A stretch of 64,000 bases of DNA from Eledone cirrhosa (GCA_964016885.1 OZ024744.1:54498001-54562000), one strand, 5' to 3'. Numbered from the stretch's first letter, positions 43,105 through 55,149 are shown. Notes: a model not told the origin generated them from the sequence alone. Numbers and translations are program-made.

Positions 43105-43975
43105 CTATTTGCTACTGCCACCACCGAGGAAAACATTGACCGTGTTCACCACATGGTGATGGATGACAGATAATTGACTATAAATGAAATAACCAATGCT
43201 ATTAATATATTCCGTGAGAGTTGAGAATATTACGCACAGTGAACTTTGCACGACGAAGGTTTCTACTGGGTGGGAGACCACGTTTTCGGACACCTGATGA
43301 AAACCGCACCAGGAGGCACATCATGGGGGAAAACAGAACATTGTTGTTTGAGGCAGGTCCAGCTGGTTTTCATGACTGTTTCCTAACCCAAGATGAGTGC
43401 TGTGTTCATCACTATGAGCCAGAGACGGAGACAATCAATGCAGTGGAAACACCTCTCCTCACCTGCTCCAAAGAAGGCTAAGGGCATTTCATTTGCAGGA
43501 ACGGTGATGGCCTCAGTTTTGAGGTATGCAACAGACATTATGGTTATTGACTATCTACAAAAGGGCCACACCATCAATGGAGAAGTACTATACCAACTTG
43601 TTGAAGCCGGTATGAAAGGCTTTCAAAACCAACTGACGAGGAAAACTGATGAAAATGGTCGTTTTATCACGACAATGCTCCGGTACACATGTCTTCGGTT
43701 TCAATGGCTGCTGTGTATGACTGACTGTCTTTGAATTGGTTGATCACCCTCCCTATTCTTCTGATTTCATCTGACTATCATCTGCTCCCCAACATGAAAA
43801 AACATTGGGAACCGGTATCGCAGTGGTGATGTCATATCTGCTGTTGATGACATTTTTTATTATTACCAACAGGATGAAAGCTTCTTCAACAATGGGATCC
43901 AAGAACTGCAACACCAATGAAAGTGCGTGGACCGCAAGGGAGACTGTTGAAAAATAAACCTCATTCGGTCACAGT
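43105..43975 (+). mobile_element. Mariner-type transposase relic (5'-truncated, frameshifted)
   Basis: Peptides across frames: TEENIDRVHHMVMDDR, FLTQDECCVHHYEPET, QSMQWKH..PAPKKAK, VMASV..IDYLQKGHTING, HDNAPVH, DHPPYS. These match the mariner TxDE, HDNA and HPPYSPD motifs. Confidence 0.92.
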
Positions 43976-44619
43976 CTATCGATCTCTTTGCGGCAATATT
44001 TTACTATGGGTGGGGCGAATATGAAATTAACATATGTAATTGTCTTACCTTTTAAATCTCGTTCGCATTTAGCACGATTGCTATACGTGAATGGATTGAT
44101 GTTATCTGAAACTTTTCTGCAAACACAGCGTCTATTTTGAATGTTGCATCCTTTAAACTGTATTTTGAAACTTTGAATAATATTGACGGCTGAAAGTGGA
44201 AAAGAAATTGCTATATTATGTCTTAGTTGGTACTAATTAAGAAATCACTTTACGTTGAACATTTACTGGTGTTAATCAAGGAATTCAGTGGTTTGACACT
44301 TTTAATTCTTTAGAAAATGATTAATATTAATTTTGTAGCATTATTTGCATATATAATGTACTGGGTAATTGCTGGCCTTGTGCCAAAAGTGGAAACAATT
44401 ATTTGCATATTTCTTTTTTATGCCTATGACCAATACTGGCATAGAGAAGGTTTGTATATTGTACAAACATCGACTCAAATCAGAAATAACTTTGTGCAAG
44501 GTGTGTAAAGTATACAAGACACGGGTTAGGGTCATTTCTCTCCGCTAAAAGCAGAGGTTAGCTTTGTGGTCTCTGTGACGGGCTTTATAATCGGCATGGA
44601 GTCATTTGGGTTGTCATAA

Positions 44620-44990
44620 AAAAATACATTCAACCACAAAGTCAGTCCAGCAATTCTTTCCTAAGACGTATTAGCTACGTGTCAGTAATATCGCAGCTCT
44701 GATCTCTCAAATCTGAGAAGAAACGGCTCTACTTGGAGCGACTCTCTGAACTCCAATTTACGCATTCTATCGAGTTACGCATTCGGAGGAACCCTATTTC
44801 AACCTTTTGTATTCACAATCGTACTTCGGTCATTTCCCAAGATTTATGACCATAGGGAAGGGCTGATACGAATAACGAATTGAAGAGAGCAAGTTTGGCT
44901 GTTATACCTTTTCATTATCGAATGCTGAAGCTGGCACATTACTGCACCAGCTACTGTTCTAAAAATATATTGCAGTCTCCATCTCGTGCT
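44620..44990 (-). mobile_element. RTE-clade (Expander/Rex3-like) LINE fragment, post-RT region
   Basis: Minus-strand peptides AKLALFNSLFVSALPYGHKSWEMTE, IQKVEIGFLR and EPFLLRFERSELRYY*HV resemble RTE motifs KLSIY..PTLTYGHExW and EPLLLRIERSQLRWFGH. Confidence 0.7.
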
Positions 44991-46239
44991 TTAAAAATTG
45001 GCGATGGGCCTGTGACCTGCCGTGGGAGATGTGGGATGGACGCAGAAATATTACGTGTCCTGTGAAATCGGTTTGAAAGAGATTTCACTGCCATTTTAGT
45101 GATGTCATTATTACATTTAGGGTGGTGGATTGGCAGTATCGGTAGAGCACCGGACACCCTGCTTTGCAGCATAGTTAAACCCCTTAAGTTCTGAGTTAAA
45201 ATACCGTCGAGGTTAGCTTTACCTTTCATACTTATGGGATCAATAAAATAAAGCCCTAGTACTGGGATCGATCTAATCGCTCTACAGAGGGGTGTTGACA
45301 AAACAGCGTGCGCCCAAAGGGGCAGTGTCTGCAAATAGGTTGGGAAACCCAGCCCTAAAATATCAATCTTTATTTAGTGACGAAAGGTGTCCAGCATCGG
45401 CGGGCTCTTTTGCTAGTATAATATATATCCTGGTATATAGGGGGGGGGGTCTTAATAAACTAATATACTGTTGTTGAGATTGCACTGCTATTTTAGTGGC
45501 GTCATTTAGTTTGGCAGATTGGTAGTATCGGTAGAGCACCGGAGACCCTGATTTGTAGCTTGGTTGGACCCTTTATGTTCTGAGTTAAAATACCGCCGAG
45601 GTTAGCTTTGCCTTTCTTACTAACGGGATCGATAAAATAAAGTACGAGTGAAGCATTGGGATCAATTTAATCGACTCTACACTCCCCCATCAAATAGCTC
45701 GATTTGTGCCTAAAATAAAAGCCTTTATTATTAAGGGCGGGGGATTGGCAGAATCGGTAGATTGTCAGACACCTTGCTTTGCAACATAATTACACTTCTT
45801 TACGGCCTGAGTTCAAATCCTGCGTAGGTTATCTTTGCCCTTCATACTTACGGGATCAATAAAATAAAGTACTTGGATCGATTTAATCGACTTTCCCCTC
45901 TCACAAAATTGCTGGCCTTGTGCCTAAAGTAGAAACAATTACAATTAAAATTTCTAGCTCAGGTAATATCGTATTTTTTCTATGGTGAACTCTAAAACAA
46001 ACTGTTTCAAAAGGTGTCGTTCCTAATACTGTATATATAATGTATAGATATACTTTCTGGTATCTATAGCCTCACGATAGAGGTAACTGACTTTATTAAA
46101 TTATGTCTGGCATACAGTGTGTGCTGGGTTATTTTGTTTGCCGTGGCACCTCCACGACCACTTTGTAGTGGGTGGGTGGGTGTGTGGGGGGGGGGGGGCA
46201 TATTGTCTATATGCTTCAGGTTCGGCTTGTGTCCGTGGG

Positions 46240-46362
46240 GATCGGGTCTTCTGTATTATTGCGTGACGTCAGAGGTCACGGTCGTGTGTCATCGCCTTTG
46301 AGAGGTGTAATTGGGTAAGGTCGGCTTTTATCACCTCATCCCAGGTCTTCTTGGGTCTCCTC
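46240..46362 (-). mobile_element. RTE-like LINE 3' end fragment
   Basis: Minus-strand RRPKKTWDEVIKADLTQLHLSKAMTHDRD matches the GRPxKTW..DL...DR C-terminal motif. Confidence 0.65.
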
Positions 46363-46799
46363 TGTTCTGAGTTAAATTACCGTCGAGGTTATCTTTGCCT
46401 TTCATACTTACCGGATCGATTAAACAAAGCCCTAGTAAAGCACAAATTTTTGAGGAAGAGTTACTGAGGATAAGAGAGAATGTGTGAGAGAGAAAAACAC
46501 TGTTGTAGAGATTGCATTGTCAGTTTAGTGATGTCATTATTACATTTAAGGTGGTGGATTGGCAGTATCGAGAGAGCACCGGACACCATGCTTTGCAGCA
46601 TAGATCTTTAATGTTTTGAGTTGAAATCCTGCCCAGGTCAGCTTTGCCTTTCATCACTTCACCTGGTGTCGACTTTTCCTTTTTTTTGTTAAATTCCTAT
46701 TTCTGTAAAGTTAATTGACTCGGCTGCCATCACCAAATTATTTCGAAATATATATCTCTATAGCTCTTTATAAAGAACTGTTTATATTTTCTCTCATTT

Positions 46800-47030
46800 C
46801 TGGCTGTATTGAAATGTACGTTTTGATGGTTGGTGGTGCCTGGTTAAATGTCCTTGTGCACATTTGTAGTATTCTACGGTTGTCTTAAGATGACCACATA
46901 TTCTTTGATAAGATGTGATTGGTCCTTCCTCGGGTGACTCCATGTAAATTGAATTTTGTTGACGGAAACTCTATCTGTTCTATCAAACGAAGGCCTTTGG
47001 AATATTCCATCTCTTGTAAATCTCACCTTG
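46800..47030 (-). mobile_element. LINE AP-endonuclease C-terminal fragment (RTE/BovB-like)
   Basis: Minus-strand FTWSHPRKDQSHLI..YVVI resembles TWxHPRSKxWHLIDY. Confidence 0.5.
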
Positions 47031-47709
47031 TTCTAAATTGAGTGGAATGATAGGGTAATTTACAAAAATGTTCTATATATTTCGCTGGGTTTTTAGAGAT
47101 CACGTAATATTAAATCATTTTTCATGAAACTGAATGAAAAAGAGGTCATACTATATAATACAATATTTTCTGCCCGATAGAGGTTGACATGTCCTAAAAT
47201 ATACAAGGTACACCACATAATTTCGGGTGTGTAGAGGCGGTCACATTATGTAATATATTCAGATATACATTCTGATGTATATCGAGTGGTCATATTGATG
47301 AAACTAATGTTGTAGCGATTGCATTCCTATTTTGATGTGTTGGCAATCTCGGTAGAGCACCAGACACCCTCGTTTGCAGCATAGTTAAACCTCTTAAATT
47401 CTGAGTTAAAATCCCATCGAGGTTAACTTTGCTTTCATACATAGAGCCCGATAGAATAAAGCCCTAATAAAGTACTGGGATCGATTTAATCCACTTTCCA
47501 CTCCCCTTCAAATTACTGGCCTTGTGCCTAAAGTAGACACGATTACATCTAAAATTTCTAGCTCGGGTAATATCGTATTTTTTCCACGAGGAACTCTACA
47601 ACAAAATGTCATTTCTAACTGTGTAGAGATGGTCATATATAATACATACATATACACATTCTGGTATTTATAGCCTCACGATACAGGTAACTGACTTTAT
47701 TAAATAATT

Positions 47710-47890
47710 GTTTCTACTTTTGGCACAAGGCCAGCAATAACGCAGTAGATTACTGGTACTTTATTTTATCGACCCCGTAAGGATGAAAGGCAAAGTTAAC
47801 CTCGGCGGGATTTGAACTCAGAATGGCAAGGGCCGTAACTCTATACGTCAAAGCATGGCGTCCGACCCTCTACCGATACTGCCAAATGGC
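47710..47890 (-). mobile_element. tRNA-derived SINE (Octopus-type), well preserved
   Basis: TACTTTATTTTATCGACCCCGTAAGGATGAAAGGCAAAGTTAACCTCGGCGGGATTTGAACTCAGAA..CTCTACCGATACTGCCAA. Confidence 0.9.
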
Positions 47891-48918
47891 ATAACCATTT
47901 CATTTGAACATTGCCCTTGAACATTGCCCATCGTCGGGTATTTGTGTCTATTTATGAATTTTTCTTTAACACATTATGGTGTAGTTGTGGTAATCTTTGA
48001 AAATTAGTCTTTAGTGATGAGCCAAATTTATCTTCTAAATCTTTCGTGTTATATTATGAAGCGTTATATGCCGAGAGTGGGGAACCCCTGGGAGCCTTTG
48101 ATATAATCCTGACTGCAAGTTATAGTAAAGTGTGAAGTTGACTCTACATTGTTTCTGTTTGTGTTTATAGATATTGGAATATCATATAACATACATTAAT
48201 ATACACCAGTTGCTGGTGTGTAGAGGTGGTCGTATTTTCTCTATAACTAAAGTTTTTCTGTATGCATTCTATGCATTTCCAGTTTCTGATTTCGGAGAAT
48301 GACAACATATAGTTTAAATCCTGCTCCCCCGAAAATATCAGTTCAGAGGCTATTTAAAGACGGCCATGTTGAGGAGTTATATATATCCTACCATAGAGGT
48401 GGTATTATTGGTGAAACTAATATACTTTTGTTGAGATTGCACTGCCATTTTAGTGGTGTCATAATTACATTTAGTTTGGTACATTGGTAGTATCGGTAGA
48501 GCACCGGAGACCCTGATTTGGTTGTACCCTTTGTTCTGAGTTAAAATACCGTCTTGGTTAGCTTTGTCTTTGATATTACGGTGTCGATATGATAAAGCCC
48601 TAGTAAAACATTGGAATTGACTTTCCACTCCCCTTCAAATTGCTGGTCTTGTGCCTAAATCAAAAACTGTTAAGGGCTGGGTGCACAGACGGTCGTGTCG
48701 GATACCCTGCTTTGCAACATAGTTACGGCTTTTGTCGACTTTCCCATCCCCACAACATTGCTGGCCTTGTACCTAAAGTAGAAACAATTACATGTAAAAT
48801 TTCTAGGTCAGATAGTATCGTATTTTTTCTGTTTTAAAATATTAAATGGCCTTAACACAGTAGTTTGAAGGGGATTTGACTGATATTTCCAGCAGCTTGA
48901 GGCTTTAAAAGAATCCAT

Positions 48919-49165
48919 ATTATCTGATGTACAGTGGTGGCCATATTGTATATCATGTGATACACCACATTATCCGATGTTCAGTGGTGACTTATATATC
49001 ATGTGATACACCACATTATCCGATGTACAGTGGTGGCCATGTTGTATCTCATGTGATACACCACACAGTTTGATATACAGTGGTGACCATGATATATATA
49101 ACATGTGATAACCACATTATCTGATGTTCAGTGGTAGCCATGTTGTTATATACATGTGGAACACC
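48919..49165. repeat. ~50-bp minisatellite, 5 diverged copies
   Basis: Unit approximates ATTATCCGATGTACAGTGGTGGCCATATTGTATATCATGTGATACACCAC. Confidence 0.88.
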
Positions 49166-49319
49166 TGAAGATGGCGTAGCCTCAGGGCGTGTTTGCGCAT
49201 CATCAGCCATGGCGTGCCCATCCCTTGAAGTGAAGGGGCAGATCAGAAGAAAATTGAGCAGCAGGGGTACAAGTGCCAAAACATATAGATGTGTCAAAAC
49301 TACAAAGCGAAGAAATGCG

Positions 49320-49800
49320 AGATGTTCTTTCCAGAAGAACATATATCTAGCACCTCTCTCTGATAGATGACCTTCCCCACTAAACGGGTTTCAGAGACTG
49401 CAGCTATATCAATATTGTATCTGCTCAACTCTCTGCCAACAATAGCAGTGTTGCGGTCTGGATTGGTCGATGGTTCCCTGTCAAGAAGTGTTCGTATGTT
49501 CCACCACATCGCAACATTCAATGGTATTGTATTCTTTGGGAAATTATTGTTATTTTTCTACTTGTTTCTCCGGCTGGTATGAACAGCCGTCTGCTGCAGG
49601 CTGCTGACCAGCTTAGTGGTGGAACAATGTTTGGGTCACCTTTTCTAGGCCTCTCCCAAGATTTGGGTAAGCAGTGTTCTTGGAAAGGGCTGCTCAGTCA
49701 CAAAAGACTCTGCCCAAGCCAATTCCTATTCCGAAATCGGACAACAACGTTAGATAAGCCTTAAGCAGTCTGCGTGCAGATTATCGACTGCATACCTTCA
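49320..49800 (-). mobile_element. RTE/BovB-like LINE 5' fragment (5' UTR plus endonuclease N-terminus)
   Basis: WNIRTLLDRE..PDRNTAIVGRELSRYNIDIAAVSETRL..GYMFFW is a canonical RTE APE N-terminus. Confidence 0.88.
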
Positions 49801-50089
49801 ACTCGTTGCTGCTTCCCCATCTCCACAGGACTTTGAAGAGATATCTGCACAAGGAGATCATAGCAGCATATACTTGTGCAACTCATATACTGCTCTCTAA
49901 GTATCAACAGCCATAATCCTATAGCAAGCAATGCAAGATGATCGATAGCTGTATCAACCGCAGGTATTTCAGAGTGTCCTCTCAAGGGGAAAAAAAGGAA
50001 AAGAGAAAAGTTTACCCAGATAAATAACTAGGTAAAAAGTATTTTAAAAGTTTAAATCGCGCTTTGAAAGACTTCACCAGTGCTATTAA

Positions 50090-51075
50090 GTTTTACCGGG
50101 ATGTTGTCCTACCATCTCTTTCCCTGTCTGCCTCTCTTACTTCCTCCTTGTACTGTTTCCTGCAGGACAGTCTTGGCAAGCTCTTGTGAAGATCTTGTCA
50201 CATGATACAATAGTTAACATGTCTTCGTAGGGCCCGATGGCTTGTCAAATTCTGTTTCACACTCCTTCATTGCGGAATGTTAATGTTAAAAGGTTGATCA
50301 CCCTTCTCATCAAATCCTTTCAAACTAAAAAAAATTTTTTATTCAAGGAGCTTTCTGAAGCATCTCATCTCCGTATCTTGTGTTCTCTCCAGATCTGCTG
50401 TTATTGTCCAAGACTCACTGGCATACAAGAATATGGACATGACCAGAGAGCACATCAGTCTGATCTTTCAACTGAGGGCTATGTTCTTGTCGTTCCAGAT
50501 GGTCTTAAGATTTGTAAGTGCTGCTGAGGTCTGGGCAGATCTGGCGAGTACTTTGGGTTTAGATCCTTCATCTGAAATGATTTGCCCCCAAGTATTTGAA
50601 ACTGTTGACGCACTCTAGTATTTTGCTGTTGACCTTGATGTCAGTGCTGATGCTGTTAGTGTTGTTGGTCATCGTTTTGATCTTTTCTGCACTGACCATG
50701 CTATAGACAATAGAAGTCTTGTCAAGACATTCCACTAGGTTGGCTAGCTTCTCTTCCTTCCCTGCTAGACCAACTATGTCGTTGGCAAAGCGTAGTTTAT
50801 AACAGTCCTGCTGCCAATGCTGACTGTCCTTTCATGGTCTTTCAGTGAGTGTCATAATTTTCTCTAAAAAGATGTTGAAATTAGTTGGAGTGAGTAATCA
50901 GCCTTGTCTTACTTCCACTGTGGTTCTGAACCAGTCATCAATGTTGTTTAAGTTGACTGGGCTGTTGGCTCTGTCACACAGGCTCTGTATCACCCTGATC
51001 ATGTTGCGATCGATGTTGTACAGTGCTGGGTGCCAAACGCTGTCGAACACCTTCTTGAAGTTCACAATGACATAT
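50090..51075 (-). mobile_element. RTE-type LINE reverse-transcriptase fragment
   Basis: NFKKVFDSVWH, WFRTTVEVRQG, FNIFLEKIM, LRFANDIVGLAG, SFKYLG, LVMSIFLYASESWT, EMRCFRKLL, GGSKRGRQGKRW, with multiple stops and frameshifts. Confidence 0.92.
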
Positions 51076-51401
51076 ATAGTCATATGTATATAGAAATAAT
51101 TGTCCTAAAAGTCAGACCATATGATTTCGTGGTTAAATTATCCCTTTACTCAGTTCAGATACTGACAAAAGGAACTTTTTGTTTTCCTACAGCAAGGTTT
51201 CTTAGAAAGGTTTTTACCCACTGTCGTTTGTTTGCACAGTTGTTTGTGTTGAATTCTGTTGACAAATTTTGTAGAAACTGATCATATGCGTACATATATA
51301 TATTTTGATGAGAAAACCTAAATAAACAGGTGATCTCATCCAGTGTTCTTTGTAGTAATTGTTTTGTCTTAATAGCAGAAACAATTCCTAAAATTGCAAA
51401 T

Positions 51402-52869
51402 TTATAAAAGAGATTTTACAGCCCGGTTTTTATTTTCTGGTCCTTTTAAGTTATTGCCATTTGTATTATTATTGCTATTTTGCTGACTTCCACTGCTTAC
51501 ACTAGAAGAATGAGAGGAAATCTGACTAAAATTTTCTGGAATATTGTCATTGTTTGTCTGCCAATGTCGATTGTCATTAGACGTGGTGTAATCACTAGTA
51601 TCGGGTTTGTGCTGCGAAACTCCCGAAATTGAACTAATGGACACCGATCGACTAGGATCTGCAGTACTTTTTAATGTCTTCACATACTCCTCATGCTCAC
51701 TGTCAGAATGTCTTCTTCGTATATTCTTTGGAGTGTTTGCTTTAAAACTTCCCTTATCAGATGCTAGATCTCGGTGCATGGATGTTGAGGTGGTCAAAGG
51801 AGAAATAGGGTCTACTTTGTTATGAAAATTACTTGGCGTGAGGTCAGTCTGTTGACTTTGACTATTGTTCCCATTTGTACCTTCTGTGTGATGAATTGTA
51901 GCTACATAATGGTTCTCAGGCAACGTTAGTCGTGTTGTGTACGTGTTCTCAATAACACTATTGGAAGCATACTGAGGTTTACTTAATGCCGTGTTCACAG
52001 AATGAGTAGGGCCAGAATCAGAAGTGATACTTTTAGAAGTGGATGTCGTCAAAGTTGGCTTGTCATTACTTACTGTAGGTGATATTTGTGCATTTGGCTT
52101 GCTTTGTTTTATATCATAAGTTTCACTTTGTGATAAGTTGAAAGTTTTTTTGTAATCTACTGACCCACCATAATCAGGTTCACTAGTTGGTATAATTGGT
52201 GGGCTATCATTTAGTTTTTTCTGAAAGTTGTCAGTTGTCATAATTGTTTGATTCTGGAGAACTATAATTCAATTGTTTGGGTGAAATATTAGTATCTCCT
52301 TGGCCAAATTGCAAGCTATTGTTCTTAGAAGACCGAAAGTGAGTTAAATTTTGAACCATAATACCAGTCTGAGAGGTTTCACTAGTAGCAGGTGAACTTT
52401 GGCCACTGCCGTCCTGACGAACTTCATCAGGAACAACACTATTAGATGAGGAGTTGCTTACTCGACCAGACAACATTGATGTAGAGTATGTACTTCCAAA
52501 TGGCTTTGGTAGAAAATTTGATATATTTGGAGTTATCCGATTTGATGGAAATTTAGAAGTTTCACTATTTACTGAAGGATGTGTCCCTTTTGTTTTGGTA
52601 GGATACTGGGGAGGGTTGCTGTTATTTCCATCATTAACTAGACATTTATCAACTGACACAACTAGAGGGATCTGATAGTCTTCAATCACGTCTTCGGATT
52701 TTGTTTTCTTATAACCAGGAGTAGGGGATTCAATGATGGGTGTATTTTCTTGGTTGTTAAATATATTATTGCTAGGCAATGACTGATATTTTGGTTTTTC
52801 CTTGCTGAATATCTGTTCAGAATGGGTTTCATCGACTGATGTGTTCTGATGTCGAGGGGCATGATGGTA
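51402..52869 (-). pseudogene. Large S/T/N/P-rich exon-like reading frame (~480 codons) broken by a 7-bp duplication; product unknown
   Basis: ORFs 52231-53175 and 51402-52241 join into one frame (..NNYDN|FQKKL..) if one copy of the tandem GTTGTCA (52227-52240) is removed. The frame is long and stop-free in AT-rich DNA, has a disordered-protein composition, and shows no TE motifs. Confidence 0.6.
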
Positions 52870-53745
52870 TGGTTCAACTGCAGCTATCAAAGGCAGACCT
52901 GCTGGCCCTTCCGGTCGAGCACCCTTCCGGTCGAGCACCCTTCCGGTCAAGCACTCTTCCGGTCGAGCACTCTCCAGCCTCCGGCCACCGCACACCACAC
53001 CATACCCACACGCCTCTCTGATCTCAAGAATCAATTTCCCCCTCGTCCTGCTGCATATGAAAGTCTGCTGTCCAGGTTGGTGCTTTGTGACTTCTTTGCG
53101 ATCTCCGCAGTGTTGGGGCGGCACTTTGGGTTTCCTCTTCCTCGGAATCCGTTGATACAGTAATTCTACGGACATCCAGGAAATGACGTGTCTGCCGGCT
53201 GCCTTGGGCCTCTGTCATTGCTATCGCCGCGACACTTTTCTTGGCATCTTCTGCTATGATGCGGGCTTGCTCCACCAGTGCACGCATCTCCATTTCCTTG
53301 TAACCCGGGACTTGCTGCAGTTTCACCGCTATGTCGTCTGGAAATCCATTTATGAACGCCAACTGCACCGTGTGTTCGCATTCCACCTGATATCCAGCCA
53401 ACATGGCCAATCGCCGTATTTCCACTGCGAAATTGTCAACGCGTTCACCGTTCCATCTAATCCTTGCCAGCCTAGCAAAAGCGGCTAACGGTCCTTCCGC
53501 GAACGCTTCCATCATACACCTCTCAATCTTTTGCGCATCCCTTTGGCTGTGTTCATCCATCTCTAGGAAGAGTGCCAACGCATCCGCTTCGAGGTCCAGT
53601 GCCATGAGGCTAGCCACATATATCTTCTGTAAGCTTGCGACCAGCCGGACTTTTCGCAATCAGGCGACAACACCGCCTTCACCGGTAAATGCTCTAATCG
53701 CTTCTCCGCTCATTCGTAATCTCGTCGCCATATCCTAATTTTGTC
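52870..53745 (-). mobile_element. Internally deleted Ty3/gypsy LTR element (gag, integrase tail, PPT, 3' LTR remnant)
   Basis: ATG at 53731: MATRLRMSGEAIRAFTGEGGVVA*LRKVRLVASLQKI..LEADALALFLEM..RWNGERVDNFAVEIRRLAMLAG..FINGFPDDI (gag), fused to RHFLDVRR..LRRSQRSHKAPTWTADF (pol C-terminus). A purine tract GAGATCAGAGAGGCG is followed by TGT at ~53010. Confidence 0.8.
52906..52969. repeat. 4 x 16-bp GC-rich tandem repeat in the putative LTR
   Basis: CCCTTCCGGTCGAGCA x4 with single substitutions. Confidence 0.93.
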
Positions 53746-54055
53746 CTGCGGTAAGTAATAAAAAACAAACTCCACTTTGTTTTCCAGTAGCTTTGTTTTC
53801 GAGAAAGTTCTTTTTTTTTCTTTGTATCGTCTTCAAGTGCCGAAATAGCTTATGGTTAGAAAAAGCTACTTCACTTACCGTTTATTGCTGGCACCGGTAA
53901 TCCAATGGCTGGTTTCTCCTCTCCCACGTGCGTACAATCCAACTCGTTTGATGTAAATACTACATACTACATCTTGGGTTGCATAAGGAAACCATTGATA
54001 TAATTATAATGAATAAAGTAATCACAGCATCTTTCTTAATATTATTCTTAAGTGA

Positions 54056-54436
54056 CATAGTCACTACTTTAAAACTGATAGCGTATGGTCTTCTAAATGT
54101 TTTTAATTAAACATACGGTATATTTCCAAATATACTATACATACATTCATGTATACATCGCTATTTCAGAGCACCATTCTTAATTTTTGTTGGACCGGCA
54201 ATCGCTCTGTATAATCAACTTCTGGTTATTACTGGAATTCTATAATTTTCGGTGAAAGCAGGGGAGTGCGTGGTTCTGATGAACGCCAACCAGCGTGAAA
54301 CAGGCTCTCAGCCTCTCTCCCTTCTTTCGCCGAAAATAAGAGGCATAGTCACTACTTTAAAACTGATAGCGTATGGTCTTCTAAATGGTTTTAATTAAAC
54401 ATACAGTATATTGCCAAAGATACTATACATACATTT
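54056..54436 (+). repeat. ~93-bp direct repeats at 288-bp period (retrozyme-like 1.3-mer)
   Basis: CATAGTCACTACTTTAAAACTGATAGCGTATGG..ATACTATACATACATT at 54056 and 54344, differing by about 4 substitutions. Confidence 0.9.
54245..54337 (+). ncRNA. Degenerate type I hammerhead ribozyme
   Basis: CTGATGA (54276), stem II ACGC/GCGT, GAAA (54297), stem III AGGCT/AGCCT, long distal stem I (54245-54265 with 54318-54337). The cleavage triplet and proximal stem I partner are damaged. Confidence 0.68.
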
Positions 54437-54437
54437 G

Positions 54438-54468
<31 letters not shown>

Positions 54469-55149
54469 CATATTATCGTATGGTAGATCTAAAACGTTAA
54501 CAATGTAAATTGTTAATTTATTTTATCTGTGATAAATGACAGATAAGTTAGCAAATTGACAATCGTCAGGGGATCTGATTTTAAATGCTTCTGTATTTGT
54601 TCTAGCTCATCGTACGCTGTTTCGATCCCTTTGATATCGATAAATAAAGTACCAGTTCAAGATTGGGGTCGGTTTTACTCTCTTCCTTTTCCTTTTTTAC
54701 TTCTATATGACAACTGCACTTGATGTCACCAGGTGAGATTAAAGATACCTCCAACTCGCAGAAGTTTAAGGTGATTGTGTAGGCATTATCTTTTGTGACA
54801 TTTGTTTCACCTGAAAAAGCGTTTCTCTAAGTATTGGATAGTGATAGTATTCAACAGTTACCGTGAAGTTACAGATTTGAATATTGCAGACTTGAAGCTG
54901 TAGTTATTTTTGTGTTAATAAGAGTTCTTTGTCCTCATTTGTCTTCCTTAAGACTGTACTCTTTTATCACAAGAACTTCAACCATTGACAATCCTAATCG
55001 AAGCAATGCCAGCATTCTAACATTTTTGTTGACAATAGTATGGTAGTCGTAGGGGCGTCGTATTGACGTATGGCGTTTCTTGGGTATTTTAAGCCTGACG
55101 GAGATAACCTTAACCCTCTAGAGGCCTGAGTAGAGCAGATGTCTTCCAT

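Larger units (their letters stand above)
45078..48830 (+). repeat. Cluster of same-strand tRNA-SINE copies sharing flanks (old tandem duplication units)
   Basis: SINE copies at ~45120, 45510, 45735, 46365 (partial), 46550, 47340, 48485 and 48680 (deleted). A-box TGGCAGAATCGG at ~45747 and B-box GAGTTCAAATCC at ~45809. Shared 5' flank GAGATTGCACTG..TTTTAGTG and shared 3' flank AAAATTTCTAG..TATCGTATTTTTT. Confidence 0.85.

Noticed and set aside
45735-45825. tRNA genes at A/B-box motifs
   Set aside because: These are SINE heads followed by the SINE core and tail; no cloverleaf.
52906-52969. Mini-CRISPR or operator array
   Set aside because: Contiguous 16-bp units without spacers, inside an LTR remnant.
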